Shown: positions 14,880 through 23,620 of the stretch, one piece after another | Layout: each line of letters starts with the position of its first letter | Position numbering within the stretch: the first letter of the stretch is position 1 | DNA from: Pyrodictium occultum | GTDB taxonomy: Archaea; Thermoproteota; Thermoprotei_A; Sulfolobales; Pyrodictiaceae | Length of the DNA: 32,000 nt | Assembly (NCBI RefSeq): GCF_001462395.1 | Contig: NZ_LNTB01000001.1 | Coordinates: forward strand, 330,001-362,000 | Direction of reading: 5' to 3' | Made by a program: the position numbers and the translations under genes | Notes under the pieces: generated by a model | Seen by the model: the letters and a program-made list of their open reading frames with translations, nothing else | The model's database searches: none | What the model was told of the DNA's origin: nothing

Positions 14880-16042
14880 CCGCGGCGCCTCCTCTCCTCG
14901 TCTCCCTTCCCGCCGCCCGCCGCGCCCGGCGCCTGGCTGCCGGCCTGCTGGGGGTAGGCGGGCTGCACCGGAGGCGGCTGGGGCTGGTATGGGTAGGGGT
15001 AGGGCTGGGGGCCGGCGGCGGCTGCACCGGAGGCGGCTGGGTAGGCCGGGGACGTCCACCACTGCTGCTGGGGCTGGGGGGCCGCGGGCCATGGCTGCGG
15101 GTACTGCCACGTGGCTGGCGGCGGGGGCTGCTGGGCGGCGAAGGCGCGCTGGTAAGCGGCGCGCAGGTCCTCGTCCAGCAGGTGTAGGTAGATCTGGGTC
15201 ACCTTGATATCGTGGTGGCCTAGCAGCCTCTGCACCACGGGGAGCGGCACGCCGCGGCGGAGCGCCTCGGTGGCGAATGTGTGGCGGAGCACGTGGGGCC
15301 TCACCCTCCTCGGGTCGAGGCCGGCGCGGCGGGCGAGGCTCTTCAGCCTCTTGTAGAGCCCACTGTAGCTTATCCCCAGCAGCGGGTCGTCCGGCCCGAG
15401 GCCGGGGTTCAGGGCTAGCCAGAGGGCCAGGGCCTGCTCCGTTAGGGGCCCGTAGAGGACAACGCGCTCCTCGCCGTACTTGGCGTTCCTCACCCTTATC
15501 TCCCGCCTAGCCGTGTCTATATCGCGTAGCCGGAGCCCTACCGCCTCCTGGGCGCGGAGCCCGGTCTCGAAGAGGAGCGCCACTATCAGGAGGTCCAGCG
15601 GGTCGCGGGCCGCGTTGAGGAGCCTCTCAACCTCCTCCGGGCGGAGCGCCTCGATCCTGGGGCTCCTGGGCTTCCTCACCACGGGGACCTTAACCGGGAG
15701 GCCCAGCCACTCGAGGAAGCCACGGAGGAAGAGCGTGTAGTAGTGCATCGTTGTCTGCCTCTCCCTCCTCTCGTCGAGGGACCCGCCGCCGGGGCTCCTG
15801 GGCCTCCTGAGCCCCCGGGTGAGACGTTCGTATATCCAGGCTGAGACGTCGCTGCTCGTCACCTCGCGGAGAGGCTTCCCGGCTATGAAGTCTAGGAAGT
15901 CGCTTATTGCCGCCCGGTACGCCTTCACGGTCTTCGGGCTGGCGCCGGCGGCGGCGAGCGCTGCGAGGAAGGCCTCCATCGCCTCCCGGTTGCTCCTCTC
16001 GAGCAGCCCCGGCGGGGGCGGCGGGAGGTCGAAGCGTGTCAT
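14876..16042 (-). CDS. xerA: Tyrosine recombinase, XerA/XerC/XerD-like, with an 87-aa P/Q/Y/W-rich C-terminal extension
   Basis: N-terminal SAM-like domain (SPKTVKAYRAAISDFLDF). Catalytic residues ETGLR, HVLRHTFAT, LGHHDIKVTQIYLHL (R..HxxR..H..Y). ATG 16042 (MTRFDL) is preferred; the track ORF extends to 16159. The stop shares CTAG with the convergent ABC fragment. Confidence 0.8.
   Translation of the reverse strand: MTRFDLPPPPPGLLERSNREAMEAFLAALAAAGASPKTVKAYRAAISDFLDFIAGKPLREVTSSDVSAWIYERLTRGLRRPRSPGGGSLDERRERQTTMHYYTLFLRGFLEWLGLPVKVPVVRKPRSPRIEALRPEEVERLLNAARDPLDLLIVALLFETGLRAQEAVGLRLRDIDTARREIRVRNAKYGEERVVLYGPLTEQALALWLALNPGLGPDDPLLGISYSGLYKRLKSLARRAGLDPRRVRPHVLRHTFATEALRRGVPLPVVQRLLGHHDIKVTQIYLHLLDEDLRAAYQRAFAAQQPPPPATWQYPQPWPAAPQPQQQWWTSPAYPAASGAAAAGPQPYPYPYQPQPPPVQPAYPQQAGSQAPGAAGGGKGDEERRRRG
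14961..15041. repeat. 22-nt exact direct repeat (GGCTGCACCGGAGGCGGCTGGG) at 14961-14982 and 15020-15041, within degenerate TACCC-type micro-repeats
   Basis: Read directly. The copies are offset by 59 nt (not a multiple of 3), so they are translated in two different frames of the recombinase tail (QPQPPPVQPAYP versus YPAASGAAAAGP). Confidence 0.9.
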
Positions 16043-16205
16043 CGCGCAGCCCACCCCTATAGCTTGCTGCCTCGTCCCGGGGCCGCCGGGCTGCGGCTCC
16101 ATAGCTACCCGGGTAACACTCCGCCCCGGCCTCGCCGGGATTGCGGGGCCCGCCCACATGCTTACGCGATTCTAACGTTCCAACATTTAAGATGAAGCGT
16201 TATGC

Positions 16206-16213
16206 TTTAAATA
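16206..16213 (+). promoter_or_regulatory. TATA box (TTTAAATA) upstream of acs
   Basis: Near-consensus archaeal TATA in a ~100-nt AT-rich island, 53 nt upstream of ATG 16266. A GGTGG Shine-Dalgarno-like stretch precedes the ATG. Confidence 0.45.
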
Positions 16214-16265
16214 GATTAGCAGCGTGGAGTAGAGTCGAAAGCCTGGCTCGTCGGGTGGCGAGGCT

Positions 16266-18272
16266 ATGACTGAGGAGCAGGGCCTACCTTTCGGCGAGAA
16301 GTACATCCCTGCCATCAAGCAGCTGATGGAGATTAGGCGTGAGAGCCTCGATAACCTCGAGAAGTTCTGGGACGAGAAGGCCCGCGCGCTCATCTGGTTC
16401 AAGTACTGGGACAAGGTCCTCGACGACTCCAACCCGCCCTTCTACCGCTGGTTCGTGGGCGGCGTCACCAACATAACCGTCAACGCCCTAGACCGCTGGA
16501 TGAACACCGAGGTCAAGAGCAAGGTCGCCTACTACTGGGAGGGCGAGCCCGGCGACACCAGGGTGATAAGCTACTATGAGCTCTGGCGCGAGGTAAACAG
16601 GTTCGCCCAGGTCCTCAAGAACCTCGGGGTTAAGCCCGACGACCGCGTGGTAATCTATATGCCTATGATACCCGAGCTGCCCATAGCCATGCTGGCCGCC
16701 GCCAGGATAGGCGCTATACACAGCGTTGTGTTCAGCGGCTTCAGCCCCAAGGCGCTCGCCGACCGCATAGTGGATGCCAAGGCTAAGGTGCTCATAACCG
16801 CCGACGGCTACTACCGCCGCGGCAAGGTCATAAACCTGAAGAAGAACGCTGACGAGGGCGTCAAGCTGGCCGAGGAGCAGGGCGTTAAGGTGGAGAAGGT
16901 ACTGGTGGTTAAGAGGAGCGGGCTCAACCTCGACGTGAACATGGTTGAGGGCCGCGACTACTGGTACGACGAGCTAGCCAAGGAGGTGCCCCACAACGTC
17001 TACGTGCCCCCGGAGCCCAGGAAGAGTGATGACGTACTCTTCATACTCTATAGCAGCGGTACAACCGGCAAGCCTAAGGGCATAATGCACAGCGTCGGCG
17101 GCTACATGGTCTGGGTCTACTGGAGCTTCAAGTGGACCTGGGACCCGAGGCCCGACGACGTGATGTGGACCGCCGCGGACATAGGCTGGATAACCGGCCA
17201 CACCTACATAGTCTACGCGCCCCTCATGCACGGCATGACCAACGTTATGTACGAGGGTGCGCCCGACTACCCGCAGCCCGACCGCGTCTGGGAGATAATA
17301 GAGAAGTACAGGGTGACGATACTCTACACGAGCCCGACCGCCATAAGGCTGTTCCGCAAGTACGGCGACGAGTGGGTGAAGAAGCACGACCTCAGCAGCC
17401 TCAGGCTGCTCGGCACCGTGGGCGAGCCGATAAACCCCGACGTGTGGAAGTGGTACTACGAGGTCGTCGGCGGCGGCAAGCTCCCGATAGTGGACACCTG
17501 GTGGCAGACCGAGACCGGCGCCGCGATGATAGCCCCGGCTCCAGGCATAGCCCTGGTGCCCCTGAAGCCCGGCAGCGCCACGTACCCGCTGCCCGGCGTG
17601 GACGCCGACGTGTTCAACGACAAGGGCGAGCCGGCGAAGCCCGGCGAGAAGGGCTACCTCGTGATAAAGAAGCCGTGGCCCGGCATGCTGATGGGGCTCT
17701 GGGGCGACCCGCAGCGCTACATAAGGACCTACTGGCAGAGGTTCAGCCAGCCCGATAAGGGGATATGGATCTACTACCCCGCCGACTACGCTGTGAAGGA
17801 CGAGGACGGCTACATCTGGATGCTGGGCCGCGCGGACGAGGTGCTGAACGTAGCGGGCCACAGGCTGGGCACCACGGAGATAGAGGACGCGATACTAACC
17901 CACCCCGCCGTGGCCGAGGCCGCTGTGGTCGGTATACCCGATCCCATCAAGGGCGAGGTGCCCCTCGCCGTAGTGGTGCTCAGGGAGGGCTACAAGCCCA
18001 GCAAGGAGCTCGAGGAGGAGATCAAGCAGAGCGTCCGCAAGGCACTGAGCCCGATAGCCGTGCCGAGCAGGGTGCTCTTCGTGAACAAGCTGCCAAAGAC
18101 CAGGAGCGGCAAGATAATGAGGAGGCTGGTAAAGGCTGTCGCCACCGGCGCCCCGCTGGGCGACGTAAGCACTCTGGAGGACGAGGCCAGCGTAGAGGAG
18201 ATCAAGAAGGCCTGGGAGGAGTTCAAGAAGGCTGTCGAGGAGAGCGAGCGCCTGCTCCGCGAGAGCAGCTAA
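16266..18272 (+). CDS. acs: Acetyl-CoA synthetase (AMP-forming)
   Basis: 668 aa. [11 protein letters not shown] (AMP-binding motif), [39 protein letters not shown]. Confidence 0.95.
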   Translation: MTEEQGLPFGEKYIPAIKQLMEIRRESLDNLEKFWDEKARALIWFKYWDKVLDDSNPPFYRWFVGGVTNITVNALDRWMNTEVKSKVAYYWEGEPGDTRVISYYELWREVNRFAQVLKNLGVKPDDRVVIYMPMIPELPIAMLAAARIGAIHSVVFSGFSPKALADRIVDAKAKVLITADGYYRRGKVINLKKNADEGVKLAEEQGVKVEKVLVVKRSGLNLDVNMVEGRDYWYDELAKEVPHNVYVPPEPRKSDDVLFILYSSGTTGKPKGIMHSVGGYMVWVYWSFKWTWDPRPDDVMWTAADIGWITGHTYIVYAPLMHGMTNVMYEGAPDYPQPDRVWEIIEKYRVTILYTSPTAIRLFRKYGDEWVKKHDLSSLRLLGTVGEPINPDVWKWYYEVVGGGKLPIVDTWWQTETGAAMIAPAPGIALVPLKPGSATYPLPGVDADVFNDKGEPAKPGEKGYLVIKKPWPGMLMGLWGDPQRYIRTYWQRFSQPDKGIWIYYPADYAVKDEDGYIWMLGRADEVLNVAGHRLGTTEIEDAILTHPAVAEAAVVGIPDPIKGEVPLAVVVLREGYKPSKELEEEIKQSVRKALSPIAVPSRVLFVNKLPKTRSGKIMRRLVKAVATGAPLGDVSTLEDEASVEEIKKAWEEFKKAVEESERLLRESS

Positions 18273-18282
18273 GCCCCCCGGG

Positions 18283-18302
18283 GGAGCGGCGCTCCTCTTT
18301 TT
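18283..18302 (+). terminator. Small hairpin (GGAGC-GGC-GCTCC) followed by a T5 tract downstream of acs
   Basis: The T5 run at 18298-18302 is the only oligo-T run I noticed in this GC-rich convergent spacer. Oligo-T tracts are the usual archaeal termination signal. Confidence 0.35.
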
Positions 18303-18336
18303 CCCCGCGCCCGGAGGGGCTCCCCCGGGAAGGCTT

Positions 18337-19179
18337 CTAGCGTTTCAGCTCCTCTATCAGCGCCTCGGCCAGCCTCACCGCGGGGTTTATCCCGGTGGCG
18401 CGGTAGAAGCCCTTGAACTCCGGGACGCCGTTGACCTCGTTCACCAGGTAGCCCCTCTCCCGCGTCTCGAACACGTCTATCGACACGAAGAACCCCTTCA
18501 CCGCCGCCGCTGCCCTTAGGACGAGGTCCTCCAGGGCGGGGTCCGCGTTGTAGGCCTCGGTCCTCGCGCCTAGGGCTACGTTGCTCCTCCACTCGCCGCT
18601 GCCGGCTATCCTCCTTATGCATCCGAGGAGGCTGCCAGCCATCACTATGCAGCGTATGTCGCTGCCCCCGGTGTCGAGGTACTCCTGGACTATCATGCTC
18701 CTCGTCTGGCTGCAGGGCAGGCCCTGGCGGAGCCTCGCGAGCTGCTCCAGCTCCACGGGGTTGTCGACGCGTGACACGAGCCTGCCCCAGCTGCCGAGCG
18801 GCGCCTTGATGACTACTGGGTAGCCTAGCTTCTCCGCGGCCTTCAGGGCTGCCTGGGGGCTTGAGGCGTAGAAGCTGCGGGGCGTGGGCACCCTCGCCGC
18901 GGCTAGCCGGGCGTAGGTCAGCATCTTGTCCCCAGCCAGCATTATGGTCTCGGAACGGTTCACGGTGAATACCCTGGCTGCCTCGAAGCTCGCAGCGGCG
19001 TAGGCAGCGCGGTACATGCTTATAGGCCTTATGACTGCCGCGTCGAAGCTGTTGCTCCCTACCTCGAGGGGCATAGAGCCAGCGTCCACCGTCTCAGTCT
19101 CGGCCCTGGAGCGCAGCACGTCGAGCAGCATGCGCTCCTCCATCCGCACCACGTCCACTACGAGAGCCACCCTGGGCAT
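18337..19179 (-). CDS. lysX: RimK/LysX/ArgX-family ATP-grasp ligase (amino-acid--LysW carrier protein ligase); context suggests the arginine-branch ArgX
   Basis: Matches remembered LysX features along its whole length: ERMLL, GDK, GYPVVIKAPLGSWGRL, VQEYL..GSDIRCIV, WRSNVALGA, DVFETRERGYLVNEVNGVPEFKG. It is the last gene of the arg/car operon. Confidence 0.8.
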   Translation of the reverse strand: MPRVALVVDVVRMEERMLLDVLRSRAETETVDAGSMPLEVGSNSFDAAVIRPISMYRAAYAAASFEAARVFTVNRSETIMLAGDKMLTYARLAAARVPTPRSFYASSPQAALKAAEKLGYPVVIKAPLGSWGRLVSRVDNPVELEQLARLRQGLPCSQTRSMIVQEYLDTGGSDIRCIVMAGSLLGCIRRIAGSGEWRSNVALGARTEAYNADPALEDLVLRAAAAVKGFFVSIDVFETRERGYLVNEVNGVPEFKGFYRATGINPAVRLAEALIEELKR

Positions 19180-19181
19180 GG

Positions 19182-22100
19182 CTAGAACGCCTCCACCCCT
19201 GGGCCCCAGTAGTCGCGGAGCTCGAGGGCCTCGATGGCCTCGAGGCCGGTCCTGGATATGGCCTCGGCCAGCATCCTGGCGAGCCTCGCGTCGAGCACCA
19301 CGGGAACGCCGAGGTCCACTGCTAGGCGGCGGATGGCGTAGTCCCGGTCGGGCGCGTAGTCCGTGGTCATGATCATGCCGGCTGAGCCGCTCCTTATGAG
19401 GCGCAGCGCCTGCTCCACCGGGAGCGGCTCGGCCCCGTCGGCCTCCATGCCCTCTACCGTGTATATCCTGTAGCCCCTCTCTGCCATCAACCTCACGGCT
19501 TCCGAGAGCTCGCGGCGGCCCCTGCCGGTGGGCGTGTAGACGAGGATCACCCCGCCGGGGGGCGGCAGCTGGTTGCCCTGCACGCTCAGCCAGCTCTTGA
19601 GCAGCGCCTCTGGGAGGCTGCGGCCGAGCGCCGCCACCTCGCCGGTGCTCCTCATCTCAGGGCCTAGGCCGGGGTAGGCCCCCCGCAGCCTCTGCCAGCT
19701 GTACTGGGGGCTCTTCACCCCCCACCAGCCCGCCGGGCGGAGGAGCTTGAAGCCCTCCTCGCCGGCCTCGAAGCCGTACCTTATCCCTCCCCTGAGCGCC
19801 GCCTCGGCGGCTGCGCGCATCAGGTTGTAGCCGGTGGTCTTGCTGGTGAAGGGCATCGAGCGGCTGGCGCGGAGGTTCAGCTCCACCACGTAGACGCTCC
19901 CATCCTTTACGAGGAACTGTATGTTGAATGGGCCCTTTATCCCCAGCACCTCGTTGAGCGTCTCAGCCACTCGGATCATCTCCCTGACCACGGCATCTGG
20001 GAGGCTGAACCAGGGGATCACCATGGTTGAGTCGCCGCTGTGGACCCCGCCAGGCTCGATATGCTCTATCACCGCGCCGACTGCCCGGCGACTGTCCCCC
20101 ACCGCGTCTATCTCAGCCTCCACGGCTCCCTCGAGAAACTTGGACACGACCACGGGGTACCTGGGCGAGACCCTAGCGGCCTTCTCTATATAGCTCCTCA
20201 GCTCCTCGGGGCTCCACGCGATCTTCATAGCGGAGCCGCTGAGCACGTAGCTGGGCCTCACGAAAACCGGGTAGCCGGCCTCCTCGGCGAAGCGGAGCGC
20301 CTCCTCAACGCTCGTGGCCGCCGTCCACTCGGGCTGCTTTATCCCTAGCTCCTCGAGTAGCTGGGAGAACTTCGCCCGGTTCTCGGCCCGGTCGACGCTG
20401 CTGCCCGGGGTCCCCAGGAGCCGGACCCCCCTCTCTTCGAGCGGCCTGGCCAGGTTGTTCGCTATCTGGCCGCCGAGGAAGGCGACCACGCCCACGGGCT
20501 CCTCGAACCTATATATGTCGAGGACGCGTTCGAGGCTGAGCTCCTCGAAGTAGAGCTTGTCGTTCATATCCCAGTCTGTGGAGACTGTCTCGGGGTTGTA
20601 GTTCACCACGACGACCTCGTAGCCGAGCCTGCGCGCCTCTTCGGCGAAGCTCGCCACCCCCCAGTCGAACTCGACGGAGACGCCGATCCGGAAGACGCCG
20701 GCGCCGAGCACCATTATCCGCGGCCGCCCAGTGGTTATAGGCTTATCGTCCTCGTACGCGCTGTAGCTCATATAGAGGTAGTTGGTCGCCGCTGGCCACT
20801 CGGCGGCGAGGGTGTCTATCTGCCTCACCCTGGGCCTCTCGAGGCCTATGCTCCGCCTCGCCCTCTCCACCTCCTCCACGCTGAGCCCGGTGAGCAGCGA
20901 CACCTGCTCGTCGCTGAAGCCGAGCCTCTTAGCCTCGGCGAGCAGCTCGAGGAACTCCATGCTCCTCGGCCTTGCGCGGCGGAGGGCCTCCGCCACCTCG
21001 ACTATCTCCCGGATCTGGTTGAGGAAGTAGGGGTCAATCCCCGTGGCCTCGTAGATCTGGCCCACGCTCGTGCCAAGGCGGAGGGCCTTGGCCACCCATA
21101 TGGGCCAGTAGGGCTCGCGGCTGCGGAGCCGCCTTAGGACGCTCTCTAGGCTCTCCGGCTCCTCGTACCTGGGCCCGGCCACCACGCCGGGTTCGCCTAT
21201 GTCGAGCATCCTTATAGCCTTCTGCAGGGCTTCAGCGAAGTTCCTGCCTATAGCCATGACCTCTCCTATGCTCTTCATCTCGCTGCCAATGCTCTTCTCC
21301 ACGTTGTCGAACTTGTCGAGGTCCCAGCGCGGCACCTTGACGACTACATAGTCGAGGCTGGGCTCGAAGCAGGCGCAGGTCCTGCCGGTGACGCGGTTGA
21401 GCAGCTCGTCCAGTCGGTAGCCGAGGGCGAGCTTGGCCGCTATGTAGGCTAGCGGGTAGCCGGTGGCCTTGCTCGCTAGGGCACTGCTCCTGCTCATCCT
21501 GGGGTTGGTCTCTATCACGTAGTAGCCCCGGCTGTCCCTCGGGTTGAGGGCCAGCTGCACGTTACCCTCGCCAACCAGGCTTATGGCCTCCGCCACCCGG
21601 AGGCTGGCCTGGCGGAGGAGCTGGTACTCCTGGTCGGTGAGCGTCTGGCAGGGCGCTACCACCACCGACTCGCCGGTGTGGACCCCCATGGGGTCGGCGT
21701 TCTCGAGGCAGGCCACGGCCACGCTGATGCCATACTGGTCGCGGACCACCTCGAACTCTATCTCCTTCCAGTGGTGGAGGTACCTCTCCACAAGCACCTC
21801 GCCGGAGCCCGACTGGGCGAAGGCGCGGGCAAGCCACTTCTCCAGCTCCCCGCGGCTCCGGGCCACCAGGCTCCCGCCGCCGCCGAGGTTGAAGCTCACC
21901 CTCACTATCACGGGGTAGCCTATCCTCTCGGCGGCCTCCAGCGCCTCCTCAATGCTCCTCGCCGGGACGCTGGGCGGGACGGGGAGCCCAGCGGAGACCA
22001 TGGCCTCGCGGAAGAGGCCGCGGGACAGGGCCTTCTCGATCCCCTCCACCTGGGTGCCTAGGACGCGCACCCCGTAGCGCTGGAGCACACCGCGCCGGTG

Positions 22101-22412
22101 CAGCTCGACCCCTAGGCTCAGGGCGGTCTGGCCGCCGAAGCCTAGGAGGATGCCGTCGGGCCGCTCCCTCTCGATGACCTTCTCCACGAACCAGGGCTTC
22201 AGAGGGCCCAGGTACACGTGGTCGGCCAGCCTGTAGCTGGTCTGGATGGTGGCTACGTTGGGGTTCACCAGTACGGTCTCAATACCCTCCTCGCGGAGGG
22301 CCTTGAGCGCCTGGCTGCCACTGTAGTCGAACTCGGCCGCCTCAGCTATCTTTATCGCGCCGCTCCCGAGCACCAGCACCTTCCTCACGTCAATCCTCCT
22401 GGGCACTTCCAC
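19182..22412 (-). CDS. carB: Carbamoyl-phosphate synthase large subunit
   Basis: 1076 aa. KVLVLGSGAIKIAEAAEFDYSGSQALKALREEGIETVLVNPNVATIQTS, duplicated ATP-grasp halves and a C-terminal MGS-like domain. Confidence 0.97.
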   Translation of the reverse strand: MEVPRRIDVRKVLVLGSGAIKIAEAAEFDYSGSQALKALREEGIETVLVNPNVATIQTSYRLADHVYLGPLKPWFVEKVIERERPDGILLGFGGQTALSLGVELHRRGVLQRYGVRVLGTQVEGIEKALSRGLFREAMVSAGLPVPPSVPARSIEEALEAAERIGYPVIVRVSFNLGGGGSLVARSRGELEKWLARAFAQSGSGEVLVERYLHHWKEIEFEVVRDQYGISVAVACLENADPMGVHTGESVVVAPCQTLTDQEYQLLRQASLRVAEAISLVGEGNVQLALNPRDSRGYYVIETNPRMSRSSALASKATGYPLAYIAAKLALGYRLDELLNRVTGRTCACFEPSLDYVVVKVPRWDLDKFDNVEKSIGSEMKSIGEVMAIGRNFAEALQKAIRMLDIGEPGVVAGPRYEEPESLESVLRRLRSREPYWPIWVAKALRLGTSVGQIYEATGIDPYFLNQIREIVEVAEALRRARPRSMEFLELLAEAKRLGFSDEQVSLLTGLSVEEVERARRSIGLERPRVRQIDTLAAEWPAATNYLYMSYSAYEDDKPITTGRPRIMVLGAGVFRIGVSVEFDWGVASFAEEARRLGYEVVVVNYNPETVSTDWDMNDKLYFEELSLERVLDIYRFEEPVGVVAFLGGQIANNLARPLEERGVRLLGTPGSSVDRAENRAKFSQLLEELGIKQPEWTAATSVEEALRFAEEAGYPVFVRPSYVLSGSAMKIAWSPEELRSYIEKAARVSPRYPVVVSKFLEGAVEAEIDAVGDSRRAVGAVIEHIEPGGVHSGDSTMVIPWFSLPDAVVREMIRVAETLNEVLGIKGPFNIQFLVKDGSVYVVELNLRASRSMPFTSKTTGYNLMRAAAEAALRGGIRYGFEAGEEGFKLLRPAGWWGVKSPQYSWQRLRGAYPGLGPEMRSTGEVAALGRSLPEALLKSWLSVQGNQLPPPGGVILVYTPTGRGRRELSEAVRLMAERGYRIYTVEGMEADGAEPLPVEQALRLIRSGSAGMIMTTDYAPDRDYAIRRLAVDLGVPVVLDARLARMLAEAISRTGLEAIEALELRDYWGPGVEAF

Positions 22413-22438
22413 GCACCCCCTGCTTTACGTCGACCCCG

Positions 22439-23620
22439 CTACCTCCTCCCCGCGACCATCTTAACGAAGAGGTCGAAGACCCAGGACGAGTCCCAGGGCC
22501 CCGGGCCCGCCTCCGGGTGGAACTGGGTGGCGAGCACCAGCCCGTCCCTGCTCCTCACGCCCTCCAGGGTGCCGTCGTCGGGCTGCCGGAACCAGGGCTC
22601 CAGCCCGGTCCCTTCCAGGCTGTCCCAGTCTATAGCGTACCCATGGTTGTGCGTCGTCACCATGCAGCGGCCGGTGCCCAGCTCCACCACGGGCTTGTTG
22701 ACGCCGCGGTGGCCGTAGGGGAGCTTGTAGGCGCGGGCCCCGAGGCCGAGGGAGAGGAGCTGCATGCCCAGGCAGACGGCGAGCACCGGCTTGCCCGAGG
22801 TGGCCACCTCCGCCGCCACCCGGGCCTGGGCCCGGAGCAGCGCGGGGTTCCCCGGCCCGTTGCTGAGCACCACAGCGTCGTAGCCGTCCAGCAGCTCGTC
22901 CGCCCCCGCCGTGCAGGGGTAGCGTGTCACCTCCACGCCACGGTGGAGGAGCTGGCGGAGTATCCCATACTTCACCCCGCAGTCGAGCATCGAGACCCGG
23001 GCCCGGGGGCGGCCCGGCGGGCTATGGGTTATGGGCTCCCTCGGGCTCGTCTCCAGCGCGAATAGCCTCTCGTCGTAGGACTTGGAGCTGGAGAGGACCC
23101 GGGCCAGCTCATCCCAGCTGGGGGGCTCCTCGTCGAGCGGGTAGACGGAGAGCACCCCCATTATGACGCCGTGCTCCCTTATCCTCTCCACGAGCATCCT
23201 GGTGTCGACCCTATAGATGCCTGGCACGCCCTCCCCGCGGAGCCACTCATGGAGGCTCATGGCCGAGGCGTAGTGGCTCGGCTCCGGCAGCTCGGCGACC
23301 ACGAAGCCCTCCACCTGTATCCTGTCGGACTCGTAGTCCAGGGGGATGCCGTACACCCTCCTAGCCCTGCTGGGCACCCCATAGTTCCCGACCATGGGGT
23401 GGGTCTCTACGAGTATCTGGCCACGGTAGCTGGGGTCGGTGAGGCTCTCCGGGTACCCCGTCATAGCGGTCGTGAACACTACCTCCCCCACCCTGGTGGC
23501 GGGGGCGCCGAACCCGCAGCCCTCGACGCCGAGGCCGTCGGCTAGCAGCAGCCGAGCCCCCAGCCCCGTGCGGCAGCGTAGCAGCGGCATCCTGTAGACC
23601 CTGATCTCACCTACCTGCAT
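22439..23620 (-). CDS. carA: Carbamoyl-phosphate synthase small (glutamine amidotransferase) subunit
   Basis: GEVVFTTAMTGYPESLTDPSYRGQILV, catalytic Cys in AVCLGMQLL, HNHGYAI, FHPEA. ATG 23620 overlaps the argH stop by 10 nt. ATG 23590 is an alternative, and the track ORF extends to 23662. Confidence 0.93.
   Translation of the reverse strand: MQVGEIRVYRMPLLRCRTGLGARLLLADGLGVEGCGFGAPATRVGEVVFTTAMTGYPESLTDPSYRGQILVETHPMVGNYGVPSRARRVYGIPLDYESDRIQVEGFVVAELPEPSHYASAMSLHEWLRGEGVPGIYRVDTRMLVERIREHGVIMGVLSVYPLDEEPPSWDELARVLSSSKSYDERLFALETSPREPITHSPPGRPRARVSMLDCGVKYGILRQLLHRGVEVTRYPCTAGADELLDGYDAVVLSNGPGNPALLRAQARVAAEVATSGKPVLAVCLGMQLLSLGLGARAYKLPYGHRGVNKPVVELGTGRCMVTTHNHGYAIDWDSLEGTGLEPWFRQPDDGTLEGVRSRDGLVLATQFHPEAGPGPWDSSWVFDLFVKMVAGRR

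Noticed and set aside
14876-16265. Integrase marking an integrated plasmid or virus, with the NurA/ABC module as cargo.
   Set aside because: The protein has XerA/XerC-type domain organisation rather than the SSV or pNOB8 integrase type. There is no tRNA target, I found no flanking att-like direct repeats by eye, and neighbouring genes are core metabolism. It is kept only as a weak possibility under the AT-island finding.
16187-16432. 81-aa minus-strand ORF spanning the AT-rich spacer and the acs start.
   Set aside because: It overlaps the acs promoter and 5' coding region in antisense, has a Ser/Leu-rich low-complexity product, and has no motif.
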